Source: an uncultured Eubacteriales bacterium (GTDB taxonomy: Bacteria; Bacillota; Clostridia; Oscillospirales; UBA644). Taken from it: a stretch of DNA of 64,000 bases. The DNA lies in assembly GCA_934438175.1 (NCBI GenBank), contig CAKSBH010000002.1, positions 47,406 to 111,405 on the forward strand, given 5' to 3'. A program made the translations under genes and the position numbers. Position 1 is the first letter of the stretch. Each line of letters starts with the position of its first letter. This document shows positions 23,152 through 32,668 of this stretch, one piece after another. The notes under the pieces were generated by a model. The model searched no databases. It was not told the origin of the DNA and was given only the letters and a program-made list of their open reading frames with translations.

Positions 23152-24171
23152 TCAGGCCGTTCCGTTGTCCGGAACGGCAATTCCGAGGTGGTGGTATGCG
23201 GCAGGCGTGACACAGCGTCCGCGGGGTGTGCGTTTGAGGAATCCGATCTGCATCAGATACGGTTCGTAAACATCTTCAATGGTGACGGCTTCTTCTCCCA
23301 CAACGGCAGCCAGCGTTTCCAGCCCGACGGGTCCGCCGCCGAATTTGCGGATAACGGCTTCCAGCAGCCGATGGTCGATGCTGTCCAATCCGATTTTATC
23401 TACATTCAGCCGCCCAAGCGCCAGATCTGCGGTTTCGCGGTCGATCGTTCCGTTTCCTACGACGTCGGCGAAATCCCGCACACGTTTCAGAAGCCGGTTT
23501 GCAATCCGGGGTGTACCCCGGGAGCGGGAGGCAATTTCCCTTGCCCCGTCTTCGGTGATGCCGATTCCGAGGATGCCTGCCGAACGCCGGACAATATCCG
23601 CCAACTCTTCGGGCGTATACATCTCCAGACGGAAGATCACGCCGAACCGATCCCGGAACGGGGCGGACAGCTGTCCGGAGCGTGTGGTTGCGCCGATAAG
23701 CGTGAATTTGGGCAGGTCAAACCGGATGGAACGTGCCGACGGTCCTTTTCCGAGGATAATGTCAAATTCAAAATCTTCCATGGCGGGGTACAGAACCTCC
23801 TCCACGGTGTGGGACAGGCGATGAATTTCGTCGATAAACAGAATGTCGCCTTCCTGCAGATTGGTCAGCAGGGCAACAATGTCGCCGGTCTTTTCCAGGG
23901 CGGGTCCGCTGGTGATGCGGATGGAAACGCCCATTTCGGCGGCAATGATGTTGGCAAGCGTTGTTTTTCCGAGTCCCGGAGGTCCGCAAAGAAGCGTGTG
24001 ATCCAAAGCATCGCTGCGTTTTTTTGCCGCCTCGATGAACACGCTCAGATTTTCTTTTACCGGTTCTTGTCCGACATATTCGGTCAGTTTGCGGGGACGC
24101 AGGGAGGTTTCGGTGTCTTCTTCGTTCCGCAGGGTCTGAGAAGACAGAATCCGTTCGTCAAATCCTTCCAT
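23152..24171 (-). CDS. ruvB: Holliday junction branch migration ATPase RuvB
   Basis: [14 protein letters not shown] Walker [11 protein letters not shown] Walker B, conserved C-terminal winged helix. Confidence 0.96.
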   Translation of the reverse strand: MEGFDERILSSQTLRNEEDTETSLRPRKLTEYVGQEPVKENLSVFIEAAKKRSDALDHTLLCGPPGLGKTTLANIIAAEMGVSIRITSGPALEKTGDIVALLTNLQEGDILFIDEIHRLSHTVEEVLYPAMEDFEFDIILGKGPSARSIRFDLPKFTLIGATTRSGQLSAPFRDRFGVIFRLEMYTPEELADIVRRSAGILGIGITEDGAREIASRSRGTPRIANRLLKRVRDFADVVGNGTIDRETADLALGRLNVDKIGLDSIDHRLLEAVIRKFGGGPVGLETLAAVVGEEAVTIEDVYEPYLMQIGFLKRTPRGRCVTPAAYHHLGIAVPDNGTA

Positions 24172-24181
24172 ATCTTTCTCC

Positions 24182-24775
24182 TCATCTCAGGGTGTTGAGC
24201 AGACGGAGTGCCTGCTTGACCAGATCCTGTGCATTGTCGGCACTGCACCGGTCTACGGCGTGCTTCGCATCGTTGCGGATATAGCCGAGAGAGACCAGGA
24301 TCTCCACAGCATCGTCTTTTTCGTTGGGAAGAAACAGGGGCTGTGTTTCTTCCGGGCGGTTCAGCACATCCGGCGAAAATGCCAGTTTTCCCTTCAGTTC
24401 CAGGCAGATTCTCTGTGCGATCTTCGGCCCTATCCCGTTTGCCCGGGAAACGGCTTTATGATCGCCTTTCTCCACGGCTGCACCCAGTTCGTTGCTTGTG
24501 AGAACCGACAGAACAGCAAGTGCAGCCTTCGGTCCGACACCGCTGATGCCGATGAGGAGAAGAAACGCTTCCCGTTCGTCTTCATCGGCAAAGCCGTAAA
24601 GCTCCATCGCGTCTTCCCGAACGGAAAGATGGGTGTACAGCTTCACTTCATTCTGTGCAAAGATGGATTGATAGGTGTTTTCGGAAATGGAGCAACGGTA
24701 TCCAACACCTCCGCAGTCCACCACGGCTGTCCGGAGATCGGCATATGCCAGTTTCCCCCGAAGATAATCGTACAC
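24182..24775 (-). CDS. ruvA: Holliday junction DNA helicase RuvA
   Basis: 197 aa; HhH motifs [15 protein letters not shown] and [12 protein letters not shown]. Confidence 0.93.
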   Translation of the reverse strand: MYDYLRGKLAYADLRTAVVDCGGVGYRCSISENTYQSIFAQNEVKLYTHLSVREDAMELYGFADEDEREAFLLLIGISGVGPKAALAVLSVLTSNELGAAVEKGDHKAVSRANGIGPKIAQRICLELKGKLAFSPDVLNRPEETQPLFLPNEKDDAVEILVSLGYIRNDAKHAVDRCSADNAQDLVKQALRLLNTLR

Positions 24776-24788
24776 GGGCTGTCCTCCT

Positions 24789-25262
24789 TCAGTAATTCAT
24801 AACCTGTGCGTGGCACAGTGCGACTGCCAGGGCATCCGCCGCATCATCCGGACGGGGAATCTCACGGAGCCCGAGCAACAGCTTGACCATTTTCATCACC
24901 TGCATTTTTTCGGCTTTTCCGTAGCCGACAACCGCCTGTTTTACTTCCGACGGCGTGTATTCATAGCAGGAAAGTCCGAGTTTCCGTGCCCCGAACAGCA
25001 AAACCCCCCGCGCCTCTGCCACTTTGATGGCGGTGGTGATGTTGGTGTTGAAAAACAACTCCTCAAAGGCGGCGGTCTCTACCCGGTAATTCCGGATGAT
25101 TTGTTCCAGATCCCCGTAAATCTGCACCAAACGGTCTTCCATCGGGGTCTGTGGTGCGGTGCGTATGGCACCGTAATCCACAAACGTGAGTTTGCCGCGT
25201 GTGCAGTCCAGAATTCCCCAGCCAATCGTTCCGTATCCGGGGTCAATGCCGAGAACCCGCAT
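24789..25262 (-). CDS. ruvC: crossover junction endodeoxyribonuclease RuvC
   Basis: MRVLGIDPGYGTIGWGI catalytic Asp start; ORF track start 25313 rejected. Confidence 0.9.
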   Translation of the reverse strand: MRVLGIDPGYGTIGWGILDCTRGKLTFVDYGAIRTAPQTPMEDRLVQIYGDLEQIIRNYRVETAAFEELFFNTNITTAIKVAEARGVLLFGARKLGLSCYEYTPSEVKQAVVGYGKAEKMQVMKMVKLLLGLREIPRPDDAADALAVALCHAQVMNY

Positions 25263-25263
25263 T

Positions 25264-25719
25264 TCAGTCCCAGTCCTTTCGGGCGTCGGCACGGCGCATT
25301 TCCCGCTCGGCATCCGCGTGTGCGAGGGATTCCCGTTTATCGTACAGTTTTTTGCCCTTGCATATGCCGACTTCTACCTTGACCAGCGGTCCTTTGAGAT
25401 AGACCGAGAGGGGAATGAGTGCTACGCCGGTTTTTTTTGTTTCGTTGAACAGCCGGAGAATCTCCTTTTTGTGCATCAGCAGCCGTTTGGGGCGCATCGG
25501 ATCCCGATTGAAAAGATTTCCCTTTTCGTAGGGGCTGATGTGCATTCCGCGCGCGATGAGTTCGCCGTTGCTGACAGTACAGTAGCTGTCCTTGAGATTG
25601 ATCTGACCGAGCCGCACGGATTTGACCTCGGTTCCGGCAAGCGAAATGCCCGCTTCCAGCTTTTCGAGCACAAAATAATCGTGATAGGCCTTCCGGTTCT
25701 GGGCAAGGGTCTTGTTCAT
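25264..25719 (-). CDS. smpB: SsrA-binding protein
   Basis: 151 aa; KAYHDYFVLEKLEAGISLAGTEVKS and C-terminal basic tail; ATG overlaps aconitase stop (ATGA). Confidence 0.93.
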   Translation of the reverse strand: MNKTLAQNRKAYHDYFVLEKLEAGISLAGTEVKSVRLGQINLKDSYCTVSNGELIARGMHISPYEKGNLFNRDPMRPKRLLMHKKEILRLFNETKKTGVALIPLSVYLKGPLVKVEVGICKGKKLYDKRESLAHADAEREMRRADARKDWD

Positions 25720-27653
25720 GATTTTACTTCCTCTTTGGTCGCATTCAGCAATCCGCCCGCTGCAAGAATCCGACGCTGACGTTCGGACAGGGTCAGGCGC
25801 AGCGGAATCTCGGTGCCGGTCGTTTTATTTTTGAGAAAAACGGTTTCTTTGCCGGAGAGAACCTCCGTGCGGAGGTTTGTGAATTCCAATTCGTCCCCCA
25901 GCGAAAGAGCGTCGTAATCCGCATCGTTTTCAAACGTGAACGGAAGAATGCCGGAATTGATGAGATTTGCCGCATGAATCCGGGCAAAGGATTTTGCGAT
26001 GACCGCTTTTACGCCGAGATACAGCGGAACCAGTGCGGCATGCTCCCGGCTGGAGCCCTGCCCGTAGTTCTGTCCGCCAACGATGATGCCGCCGTCCCAC
26101 GCCTTTGCACGGGAAGGAAACTGCTCATCGCAGCGGGTGAAGCAGAATTCGGACATTTTGGGAATGTTGGACCGGAACGGAAGGATCTTGGATCCGGCGG
26201 GCATGATGTGATCGGTTGTGATGTTGTCGCCGACTTTGAGAAGTACCCGCTTTTCCAGCGTTTCGGCAAGTGCCGAGCCGATGGGGAACGGCTTGATGTT
26301 GGGTCCGCGCAGAATCTCCACGTCCGTGCCCTCGGGCGCGGGATCCAGAATCATGTTGTCATCCACGGCAAAATGCTTCGGCATGGAGACCGCAATGCCG
26401 TCCGGAAACAGTTCCCGGGGATCGGTTAGAACGCCGGTGATGGCACTGCATGCCGCCGTTTCCGGGCTGACAAGATAGAGGAGCGCGTCTTTCGTTCCGC
26501 TTCTGCCTTCAAAATTTCGGTTGAACGTGCGCAGGGAAACGCCCTTGCTGTTGGGCGATTGTCCCATGCCGATGCAGGGACCGCATGCGCATTCCAGGAT
26601 CCGGGCGCCGGCTCCGATGATATCTGCCAGGGCGCCGTTTTCGGCAAGCATGGTCAGAACCTGTTTGGAACCCGGAGCGACCGCAAGCGATACGTTCGGG
26701 GCAACGGTTCTTCCCTTGAGAATGGCAGCGACCTTCATCAGATCCGTATACGACGAGTTCGTACAGGAGCCGATGCAGACCTGATCGACGGTCATCCCGG
26801 CAAGGGATTCCACGGTCTTTACCGCATCCGGGCTGTGCGGGCAGGCACAAAGCGGCTCAATGGAGGAAAGGTCAAGGTCAATGGTGCGGTCGTAGACGGC
26901 ATCGGCATCGGCCTTTTCTTCGCGGTAATCCGCCTCTCTTCCCTGTGCGCGCAGAAATTCCCGTGTGTTTTCGTCCGAAGGAAAGACGCTGGTCGTTGCG
27001 CCCAGTTCGGCACCCATGTTGGTAATGGTCGCCCGTTCCGGGATGGACAGCGTTTTCACGCCCTCGCCGGCATATTCGATGACGAAACCGACCCCGCCTT
27101 TGACCGAGAGAATCTCCAGAATCCTGAGGATTACGTCTTTGGCGCCGACCATCGGCGAAAGACGTCCGGTCAGATTGACGCGAAGGACGCGGGGCATGGT
27201 GAGATGAAAGGCGCCTCCGCCGAGAGCGACGGCAACATCAAGCCCTCCCGCACCAATGGCAAGCATACCGAGACCGCCGCCCGTGGGGGTGTGTGAATCC
27301 GAGCCGAGAAGCGTTTTGCCGGGAATTCCGAACCGTTCCAGATGTACCTGATGGCAGATGCCGTTGCCGGGGCGGGAGTATTTCAGCCCGTAACGGCGCG
27401 CAATGCTTTGCAGATAGCGGTGGTCATCGGCATTTTCAAAGCCGCTTTGCAACGTGTTGTGGTCAACGTACGCAACGGAAAGTTCGGTTTTTACCCGATC
27501 AACGCCCATGGTTTCAAACTGCAGATACGCCACCGTTCCGGTCGCGTCCTGTGTCAGCGTCTGATCGATGCGGATGGCAATTTCTTTTCCGGGCTCCATG
27601 GTTCCCTCAACAAGGTGATCCCGAATCAGTTTTTGTGTTAAATTCAGTCCCAT
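25716..27653 (-). CDS. aconitate hydratase (aconitase family, ~640-aa form)
   Basis: aconitase motifs LGSDSHTPTGGGLGMLAIGAGG, GSCTNSSYTDL, swivel domain at C-terminus. Confidence 0.78.
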   Translation of the reverse strand: MGLNLTQKLIRDHLVEGTMEPGKEIAIRIDQTLTQDATGTVAYLQFETMGVDRVKTELSVAYVDHNTLQSGFENADDHRYLQSIARRYGLKYSRPGNGICHQVHLERFGIPGKTLLGSDSHTPTGGGLGMLAIGAGGLDVAVALGGGAFHLTMPRVLRVNLTGRLSPMVGAKDVILRILEILSVKGGVGFVIEYAGEGVKTLSIPERATITNMGAELGATTSVFPSDENTREFLRAQGREADYREEKADADAVYDRTIDLDLSSIEPLCACPHSPDAVKTVESLAGMTVDQVCIGSCTNSSYTDLMKVAAILKGRTVAPNVSLAVAPGSKQVLTMLAENGALADIIGAGARILECACGPCIGMGQSPNSKGVSLRTFNRNFEGRSGTKDALLYLVSPETAACSAITGVLTDPRELFPDGIAVSMPKHFAVDDNMILDPAPEGTDVEILRGPNIKPFPIGSALAETLEKRVLLKVGDNITTDHIMPAGSKILPFRSNIPKMSEFCFTRCDEQFPSRAKAWDGGIIVGGQNYGQGSSREHAALVPLYLGVKAVIAKSFARIHAANLINSGILPFTFENDADYDALSLGDELEFTNLRTEVLSGKETVFLKNKTTGTEIPLRLTLSERQRRILAAGGLLNATKEEVKS

Positions 27654-27716
27654 AATATACTCCGTCCCTGCCGTACTTCTGCGGCAAAACTCCTATAAGA
27701 TAAAATCTCATCTTAT

Positions 27717-27745
27717 ATTATATTATAAAGAAGGGAACTTGTCAA
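27717..27745 (-). promoter_or_regulatory. consensus sigma-A type promoter TTGACA-N17-TATAAT upstream of aconitase
   Basis: minus-strand TTGACA (27745-27740), 17-nt spacer, TATAAT (27722-27717); ~55-nt leader to ATG at 27653. Confidence 0.6.
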
Positions 27746-27751
27746 TCGGAA

Positions 27752-27785
27752 CGCAGAAAAAAACAGCATCCGCAAGCGGATGCTG
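27752..27785 (-). terminator. rho-independent terminator after ychF
   Basis: CAGCATCCGC-AAG-CGGATGCTG hairpin (27764-27785) followed on minus strand by U-run (plus-strand A-run 27752-27763). Confidence 0.7.
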
Positions 27786-27798
27786 AGATAAAACAAAA

Positions 27799-28893
27799 TC
27801 AGACGTTGAATCGGAACACGACGATGTCGCCGTCTTTCATTACATAATCCTTCCCTTCGGAGCGGACCAATCCTTTTTCTTTGGCTGCGGTGTAAGTACC
27901 GCAGGCGACAAGATCTTCAAACGCCACCACCTCGGCACGGATGAAACCCCGTTCGAAATCCGAGTGAATCTTTCCGGCTGCCTGCGGAGCTCTGGTCCCC
28001 CGGCGGATGGTCCAGGCACGGACCTCTTCGGGGCCTGCCGTGAGGAAGCTGATGAGACCGAGAAGCGTGTACGAGGCCTTGATCAGCCGGATCAGCCCGC
28101 TTTCCTTCAGCCCGAGATCTTCCAGAAACAGTTTCTTTTCGTCCTCGTCCAGTTCGGTGAGGTCCTCTTCGGTTTTTGCGCAGACCGGTACAACTTCCGA
28201 GCCCTCGGCTGCGGCAAAGGCGCGGACTTTTTGCAGATAGGGGTTGGCTTCCGGGTCGGCGATTCCCGCTTCGCTCATGTTTGCGGCATAGATCACCGGC
28301 TTGTCCGTAAGCAGATTGGCGGCGGCGACCGTTTTTGCCTCTTCTTCGGTGAAGGTCATGGTGCGGATGCATTTCCCGTCCTCCAGTGTGTGGAGAATCC
28401 GTTCAAACACTTCCACATCGGCAGCGGCCCGTTTGTCACCCTTGCTGTCTTTCTTTGCCTTTTCCATCCGCTTTTCTGCCGTTTCCATGTCGGCAAAAAT
28501 GAGTTCCATATTGACCACGTCGATGTCCCGGATGGGGTCGATGGAGTTTTCCACGTGAATGACGTTGTCATCATCAAAACAGCGCACAACGTGTAAAATG
28601 GCGTCTACCTCGCGGATGTGAGACAGGAACTTGTTGCCCAGCCCTTCGCCTTTGGAGGCACCTTTGACCAGTCCGGCAATGTCCACGAATTCCACGGTAG
28701 CGGGCGTATATTTCTTGGGGTCATACATTTTTGCCAGAACGTCCAGTCTCTCGTCCGGCACGGCAACGACTCCGACGTTCGGCTCAATGGTGCAGAACGC
28801 ATAGTTGGCGGCTTCCGCCGCGCGGGAATTGGTGATGGCATTGAACAGGGTGCTTTTTCCCACGTTGGGCAATCCCACGATACCGAGTTTCAT
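27799..28893 (-). CDS. ychF: ribosome-binding ATPase YchF (Obg-family GTPase)
   Basis: GIVGLPNVGKSTLFNA G1, DIAGLVKGAS, C-terminal TGS domain. Confidence 0.95.
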   Translation of the reverse strand: MKLGIVGLPNVGKSTLFNAITNSRAAEAANYAFCTIEPNVGVVAVPDERLDVLAKMYDPKKYTPATVEFVDIAGLVKGASKGEGLGNKFLSHIREVDAILHVVRCFDDDNVIHVENSIDPIRDIDVVNMELIFADMETAEKRMEKAKKDSKGDKRAAADVEVFERILHTLEDGKCIRTMTFTEEEAKTVAAANLLTDKPVIYAANMSEAGIADPEANPYLQKVRAFAAAEGSEVVPVCAKTEEDLTELDEDEKKLFLEDLGLKESGLIRLIKASYTLLGLISFLTAGPEEVRAWTIRRGTRAPQAAGKIHSDFERGFIRAEVVAFEDLVACGTYTAAKEKGLVRSEGKDYVMKDGDIVVFRFNV

Positions 28894-28971
28894 ATGTTTG
28901 ATCCCCTTTCGGATTTCCGTAGTTTTTCAGAGAATCCCGTCTTTTTTCGGGTTGACGGGACAGGTTCTTTC

Positions 28972-29000
28972 ATTATACTGTATTTTTTCGGTAAAATCAA
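28972..29000 (-). promoter_or_regulatory. promoter TTGATT-N17-TATAAT for ychF
   Basis: minus-strand TTGATT (29000-28995), 17 nt, TATAAT (28977-28972); leader with CCCGTC/GACGGG hairpin before AAAGGGGA RBS. Confidence 0.55.
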
Positions 29001-29032
29001 GAGACCCCCATGCGGTTTTTGAAAAAAATCGC

Positions 29033-29061
29033 TTGACAAGAATTGAAAAATGGTATATAAT
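29033..29061 (+). promoter_or_regulatory. consensus promoter TTGACA-N17-TATAAT for rpsF-ssb-rpsR operon
   Basis: TTGACA 29033-29038, TATAAT 29056-29061 (coordinates verified against overlapping ORF-track frame); divergent from ychF promoter. Confidence 0.7.
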
Positions 29062-29173
29062 TACAGATATGTGGCATTACGTCTGTTTGTGTCACAGGCA
29101 AATCGGTGCGTTTTTTTGCACTGCCGCCTTGGAGATTTATATCTCCCATCATGTCCAGAAGGAGGGTAATATC

Positions 29174-29470
29174 ATGACCAACAAGTACGAGACGATTTTT
29201 GTACTGAGCGTGAAGACGTTCGATACGGAAGAGGCACTTGCCGCCGCAACCGAAAAGTTCAAAACGCTGATTACGGAAAACGGCGGAACGATCGAGAGTG
29301 TTGACGTCTGGGGCAAGAGAAGACTTGCGTACGACATCAACTACGAGAGCGAAGGATACTATGTTCTCATCAATTTTGAGGCAGACACCACGTTCCCGGC
29401 TGAACTCGACCGTATCTACCACATCACCAACGGCGTGCTTCGTTCCATCATTGTAAGAAAAGAAGCGTAA
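29174..29470 (+). CDS. rpsF: 30S ribosomal protein S6
   Basis: 98 aa MTNKYETIFVLSV...; AGGAGGG RBS; ORF track shows only an upstream-extended frame. Confidence 0.95.
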   Translation: MTNKYETIFVLSVKTFDTEEALAAATEKFKTLITENGGTIESVDVWGKRRLAYDINYESEGYYVLINFEADTTFPAELDRIYHITNGVLRSIIVRKEA

Positions 29471-29510
29471 ACGCCACACGCACAGGCGAAAAAAGAAAGG
29501 AGTCCGCATC

Positions 29511-29954
29511 ATGAACATCAACAAGGTTATTCTTATGGGAAGACTGACCGCTGACCCTGAGCTGAAAGTCAGCCAGAGCAACGTGCCGGTTCTTCGTTTC
29601 ACCATTGCGGTCAGCCGCCGTATCCGGCGTGAGGAAACGGACTTTATCGACTGTGTAGCGTTCCGCCAGACTGCGGAATTCATCTCCAAATTCTTCCGCA
29701 AGGGCTCTGCCATCATTGCGTTCGGTTCGTTGCAGATTGAAAACTGGACAGACCGTGACGGCAAAAAGCAGCGTTCCGCGCGGGTTGTTGTGGACGAGGT
29801 TCAGTTCGGTGAAAAGAGAGGCGACTCCGATCGGGGCGCTGTTCCTGCCGATGATTCCCGCCGTGAGCCGGTTGCGTTTTCCAACGCCCCCGCCTCCAAC
29901 AGCGACGTATTTGACGACATCAAAGAAATTTCGGATGATGACCTGCCGTTCTGA
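29511..29954 (+). CDS. ssb: single-stranded DNA-binding protein
   Basis: OB-fold N-terminus, acidic C-terminal tail ending DDDLPF. Confidence 0.95.
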   Translation: MNINKVILMGRLTADPELKVSQSNVPVLRFTIAVSRRIRREETDFIDCVAFRQTAEFISKFFRKGSAIIAFGSLQIENWTDRDGKKQRSARVVVDEVQFGEKRGDSDRGAVPADDSRREPVAFSNAPASNSDVFDDIKEISDDDLPF

Positions 29955-29990
29955 AAACGGAACATCAAATTTTCAGAAAGGATAATTGTC

Positions 29991-30275
29991 ATGGAAAATA
30001 ACGAGAGAACCGAAAGACCCGACCGTCCGGAAAGATCCGACCGGTCTGAGGGTTTTGTGAAAAGAAGACCGAGAAAAAAGGTTTGCCAGTTCTGCGCCGA
30101 TAAGACGACCTCCATTGATTACAAGGATGTCAACAAACTGCGCAAGTTTATCAGCGAGAGAGGAAAGATCCTCCCCCGCCGTGTGACCTGCACCTGCGCA
30201 ATGCATCAGCGTGAACTGACGGAAGCAATCAAGAGAGCGAGACAGATCGCCATCCTTCCGTACACCAGCGACTGA
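29991..30275 (+). CDS. rpsR: 30S ribosomal protein S18
   Basis: [35 protein letters not shown] signature. Confidence 0.95.
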   Translation: MENNERTERPDRPERSDRSEGFVKRRPRKKVCQFCADKTTSIDYKDVNKLRKFISERGKILPRRVTCTCAMHQRELTEAIKRARQIAILPYTSD

Positions 30276-30345
30276 GCCGGCAAAAAACAACAGTGGAATG
30301 GTGTTCCTGCGGAGCATCATTCCTTTTTTATTCGGAGGAAAAGCC

Positions 30346-30819
30346 ATGAGAATCGGATTCGGTTATGACGTTCACCGCTTTGTCGAGGGGCGTGCTTTGC
30401 GGCTTGGCGGGGTGGAGATTCCCTATGAAAAAGGGCTTCTCGGCCATTCGGATGCGGATGTTCTGATTCATGCGTTGATTGATGCTCTGTTCGGCGCAGC
30501 CGCTCTGGGAGATATCGGAACGCATTTTCCGGACACGGATGCCGCGTACAAGGGTGTAGACAGCCGCCTGCTTCTGCGTCATGCGGTGCAGAAGGTTCGG
30601 GATGCCGGCTATGCCGTGCAGAATGCAGATATGACTGTGGTTTGTCAGGCCCCGAAGCTTGCCCCTTATCTTGTATCCATCCGGAAATCTCTTGCCGATC
30701 TTCTCGGCGTGGATGTTTCGTGCGTCAGTGTCAAGGGAAAAACCGAAGAAGGGCTTGGCTTTACGGGGACAGGAGACGGCATCAAGGTGTATGCCGTGTG
30801 CCTGCTTTGCCATGTTTGA
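30346..30819 (+). CDS. ispF: 2-C-methyl-D-erythritol 2,4-cyclodiphosphate synthase
   Basis: [23 protein letters not shown], zinc-binding His residues; GGAGGA RBS. Confidence 0.93.
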   Translation: MRIGFGYDVHRFVEGRALRLGGVEIPYEKGLLGHSDADVLIHALIDALFGAAALGDIGTHFPDTDAAYKGVDSRLLLRHAVQKVRDAGYAVQNADMTVVCQAPKLAPYLVSIRKSLADLLGVDVSCVSVKGKTEEGLGFTGTGDGIKVYAVCLLCHV

Positions 30820-31303
30820 GCATTCGTTCGGCGCCGTATACGATGCGTCTTCTCTTGTTTTGATTCTCGGTTCGTTTCCGTCGGTGAAATCCCGGGAACA
30901 GGGATTCTATTATGCGCACCCGCAGAACCGGTTCTGGCGGGTGATGGGTGCGGTGACCGGAGAAGATGTGCCGGACGGAAAGGAAGCCCGCCGCGTGTTT
31001 CTGTTGCGGAATCGGATCGCTCTTTGGGATGTTCTTGCCGCCTGCGATGTGACCGGATCTTCGGACGCGAGCATCCGGAATGCCGTGCCCAACGATCTTT
31101 CTTCGTTGCTGAACGGCTCGTCGGTGCGGAAGATCTTTGTCAACGGCAGGACGGCGGCAACGCTGTATGACCGTTTTCTTCTGTCGCAGACCGGCATCCC
31201 GGCGGTCTGTCTCCCCTCAACCAGTCCTGCCAATGCCCGTTGCTCGCTCGATCGGCTGACCGGAATCTGGAAACAGGAAATCCATCCGTTTTTACTGAAA
31301 TGA
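30812..31303 (+). CDS. DNA-deoxyinosine (hypoxanthine) DNA glycosylase, UDG/Mug superfamily
   Basis: [29 protein letters not shown] matches Mug/TDG-like active-site region; start overlaps ispF stop by 8 nt; ORF track start 30659 rejected. Confidence 0.6.
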   Translation: MFEHSFGAVYDASSLVLILGSFPSVKSREQGFYYAHPQNRFWRVMGAVTGEDVPDGKEARRVFLLRNRIALWDVLAACDVTGSSDASIRNAVPNDLSSLLNGSSVRKIFVNGRTAATLYDRFLLSQTGIPAVCLPSTSPANARCSLDRLTGIWKQEIHPFLLK

Positions 31304-31305
31304 AG

Positions 31306-31345
31306 AATTCCCGGCATCGTACGATGCCGGGAATTGTTGTTTTGA
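31306..31345. terminator. bidirectional terminator: 30-bp perfect palindrome AATTCCCGGCATCGTACGATGCCGGGAATT
   Basis: lies between convergent glycosylase (+) and SPFH gene (-) stops; T-rich tract follows on plus strand. Confidence 0.65.
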
Positions 31346-31349
31346 ATGG

Positions 31350-32651
31350 TTATTTCTGCAAATCGTTTTCGTCAAAGCGGTCGCCGCATTCGGGGCAGAA
31401 TTTCGGCGGGTGTGCCGGATCTTCCGGCTGCCAGCCGCACTTATCACAACGGTACAGCGGGGCTCCCTCCGGACGCTTTGCGCCGCATTCCGAGCAGAAG
31501 TTGCCTTTGTTGACGGTGCCGCAGCTGCACGTCCAGCCCTCGGTCGCCGGCTTCGGAGAGCCGCATTCGGGGCAGAATTTTCCGGTTGCGGTTGCGCCGC
31601 ATGCGCATTTCCAGCCGGAGGACTCTTTCTGCGCCGCCTGCTGTTGCTGTTCCATGGCAAACAGATTTTGCGCGTTTACACCGCCGGCGTTCATTGCCAT
31701 CCCCATACCGAGGAATCCGGTCATGGCTCCGGCGTTGTTGGATGCTGCTGCCTTCATTGCGTCTGCCTGTGCGCCTACAAGCGTTGCGCCTGCCATTCCG
31801 GGATTGCGGAGCATGGCGGTGCGCTGTGCCTGTTTGATCATCTCGGCATCTTCTTCGGGCAGGGTCACCGAGCCGAGGGCGATGGTGACGACCACGAGTC
31901 CGCGCAGTTCTTTCCATTTTTCCGAAAGAACGGCGTTCATTTCTTTTTCCAGCTCGGCGGTGTGCTGAACAATCTGGTTCGGGCGCATCTCCAGAGCGGA
32001 CAGGTTTCCGATTGCGGGCTGAAGGGCACTGATGAATTCCGTGCGCAGCTGTGTGTCGATTTCATCCCGGGTATATTCCCGTTCGACGTTTCCGCAAACG
32101 TTGGTGTAGAACAGAAGCGGGTTGGCAATTTTATAGGAATATACCCCGCTGCAGCGAAGAGAAACATCGACGTCCAGACCGATTTTGTGGTCTACGACCC
32201 GGAACGGAACCGGATTCGGCGTACCGAATTTGTTGTCCATAAGTTCCTTGGTGTTGAAATAGTAGACACGCTGATCCTTTGCGGTGTCTCCGCCATAGGA
32301 AATCCGGCGTCCGATTGTGCGGAAGGTGTCACCGATGGATTTTCCGAGAGATCCAGCAAAAATGCTCGGTTCGGAGGACGTATCGTAGGTGTATTCGCCC
32401 GGCTCGGCGCAAACTTCTACGACCTTACCCTGTTCTACAATCATCATGCACTGTCCGTCGGCAACGGCGATGCCGGAGCCGTTGGAGATGATGTTGTCGT
32501 TCCCCTTGGTGTTGGAAGAGCGACCGGTGATGCGTTTCTGACCTTTGGTGACCAGAACGGTTTTATCCAGCGCCTCGCAGTAGAAAAATTCTTTCCATTG
32601 GTCGGCAAGCGTTCCTCCGATTGCGCCGACAGCTGCTTTGATAAGTCCCAT
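31350..32651 (-). CDS. SPFH/band-7 domain protein with C-terminal triple zinc-ribbon repeats (COG4260, YdjI-like)
   Basis: N-terminal MGLIKAAVGAIGGTLADQWKEFFYCEAL; Ala/Gly/Met-rich linker; three CxxC...CxxC ribbons WKCACG..FCPECG / WTCSCG..FCSECG / YRCDKCG..FCPECG; 17 nt downstream of secA. Confidence 0.75.
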   Translation of the reverse strand: MGLIKAAVGAIGGTLADQWKEFFYCEALDKTVLVTKGQKRITGRSSNTKGNDNIISNGSGIAVADGQCMMIVEQGKVVEVCAEPGEYTYDTSSEPSIFAGSLGKSIGDTFRTIGRRISYGGDTAKDQRVYYFNTKELMDNKFGTPNPVPFRVVDHKIGLDVDVSLRCSGVYSYKIANPLLFYTNVCGNVEREYTRDEIDTQLRTEFISALQPAIGNLSALEMRPNQIVQHTAELEKEMNAVLSEKWKELRGLVVVTIALGSVTLPEEDAEMIKQAQRTAMLRNPGMAGATLVGAQADAMKAAASNNAGAMTGFLGMGMAMNAGGVNAQNLFAMEQQQQAAQKESSGWKCACGATATGKFCPECGSPKPATEGWTCSCGTVNKGNFCSECGAKRPEGAPLYRCDKCGWQPEDPAHPPKFCPECGDRFDENDLQK

Positions 32652-32668
32652 CTTTTTTTCCTTTCGCG

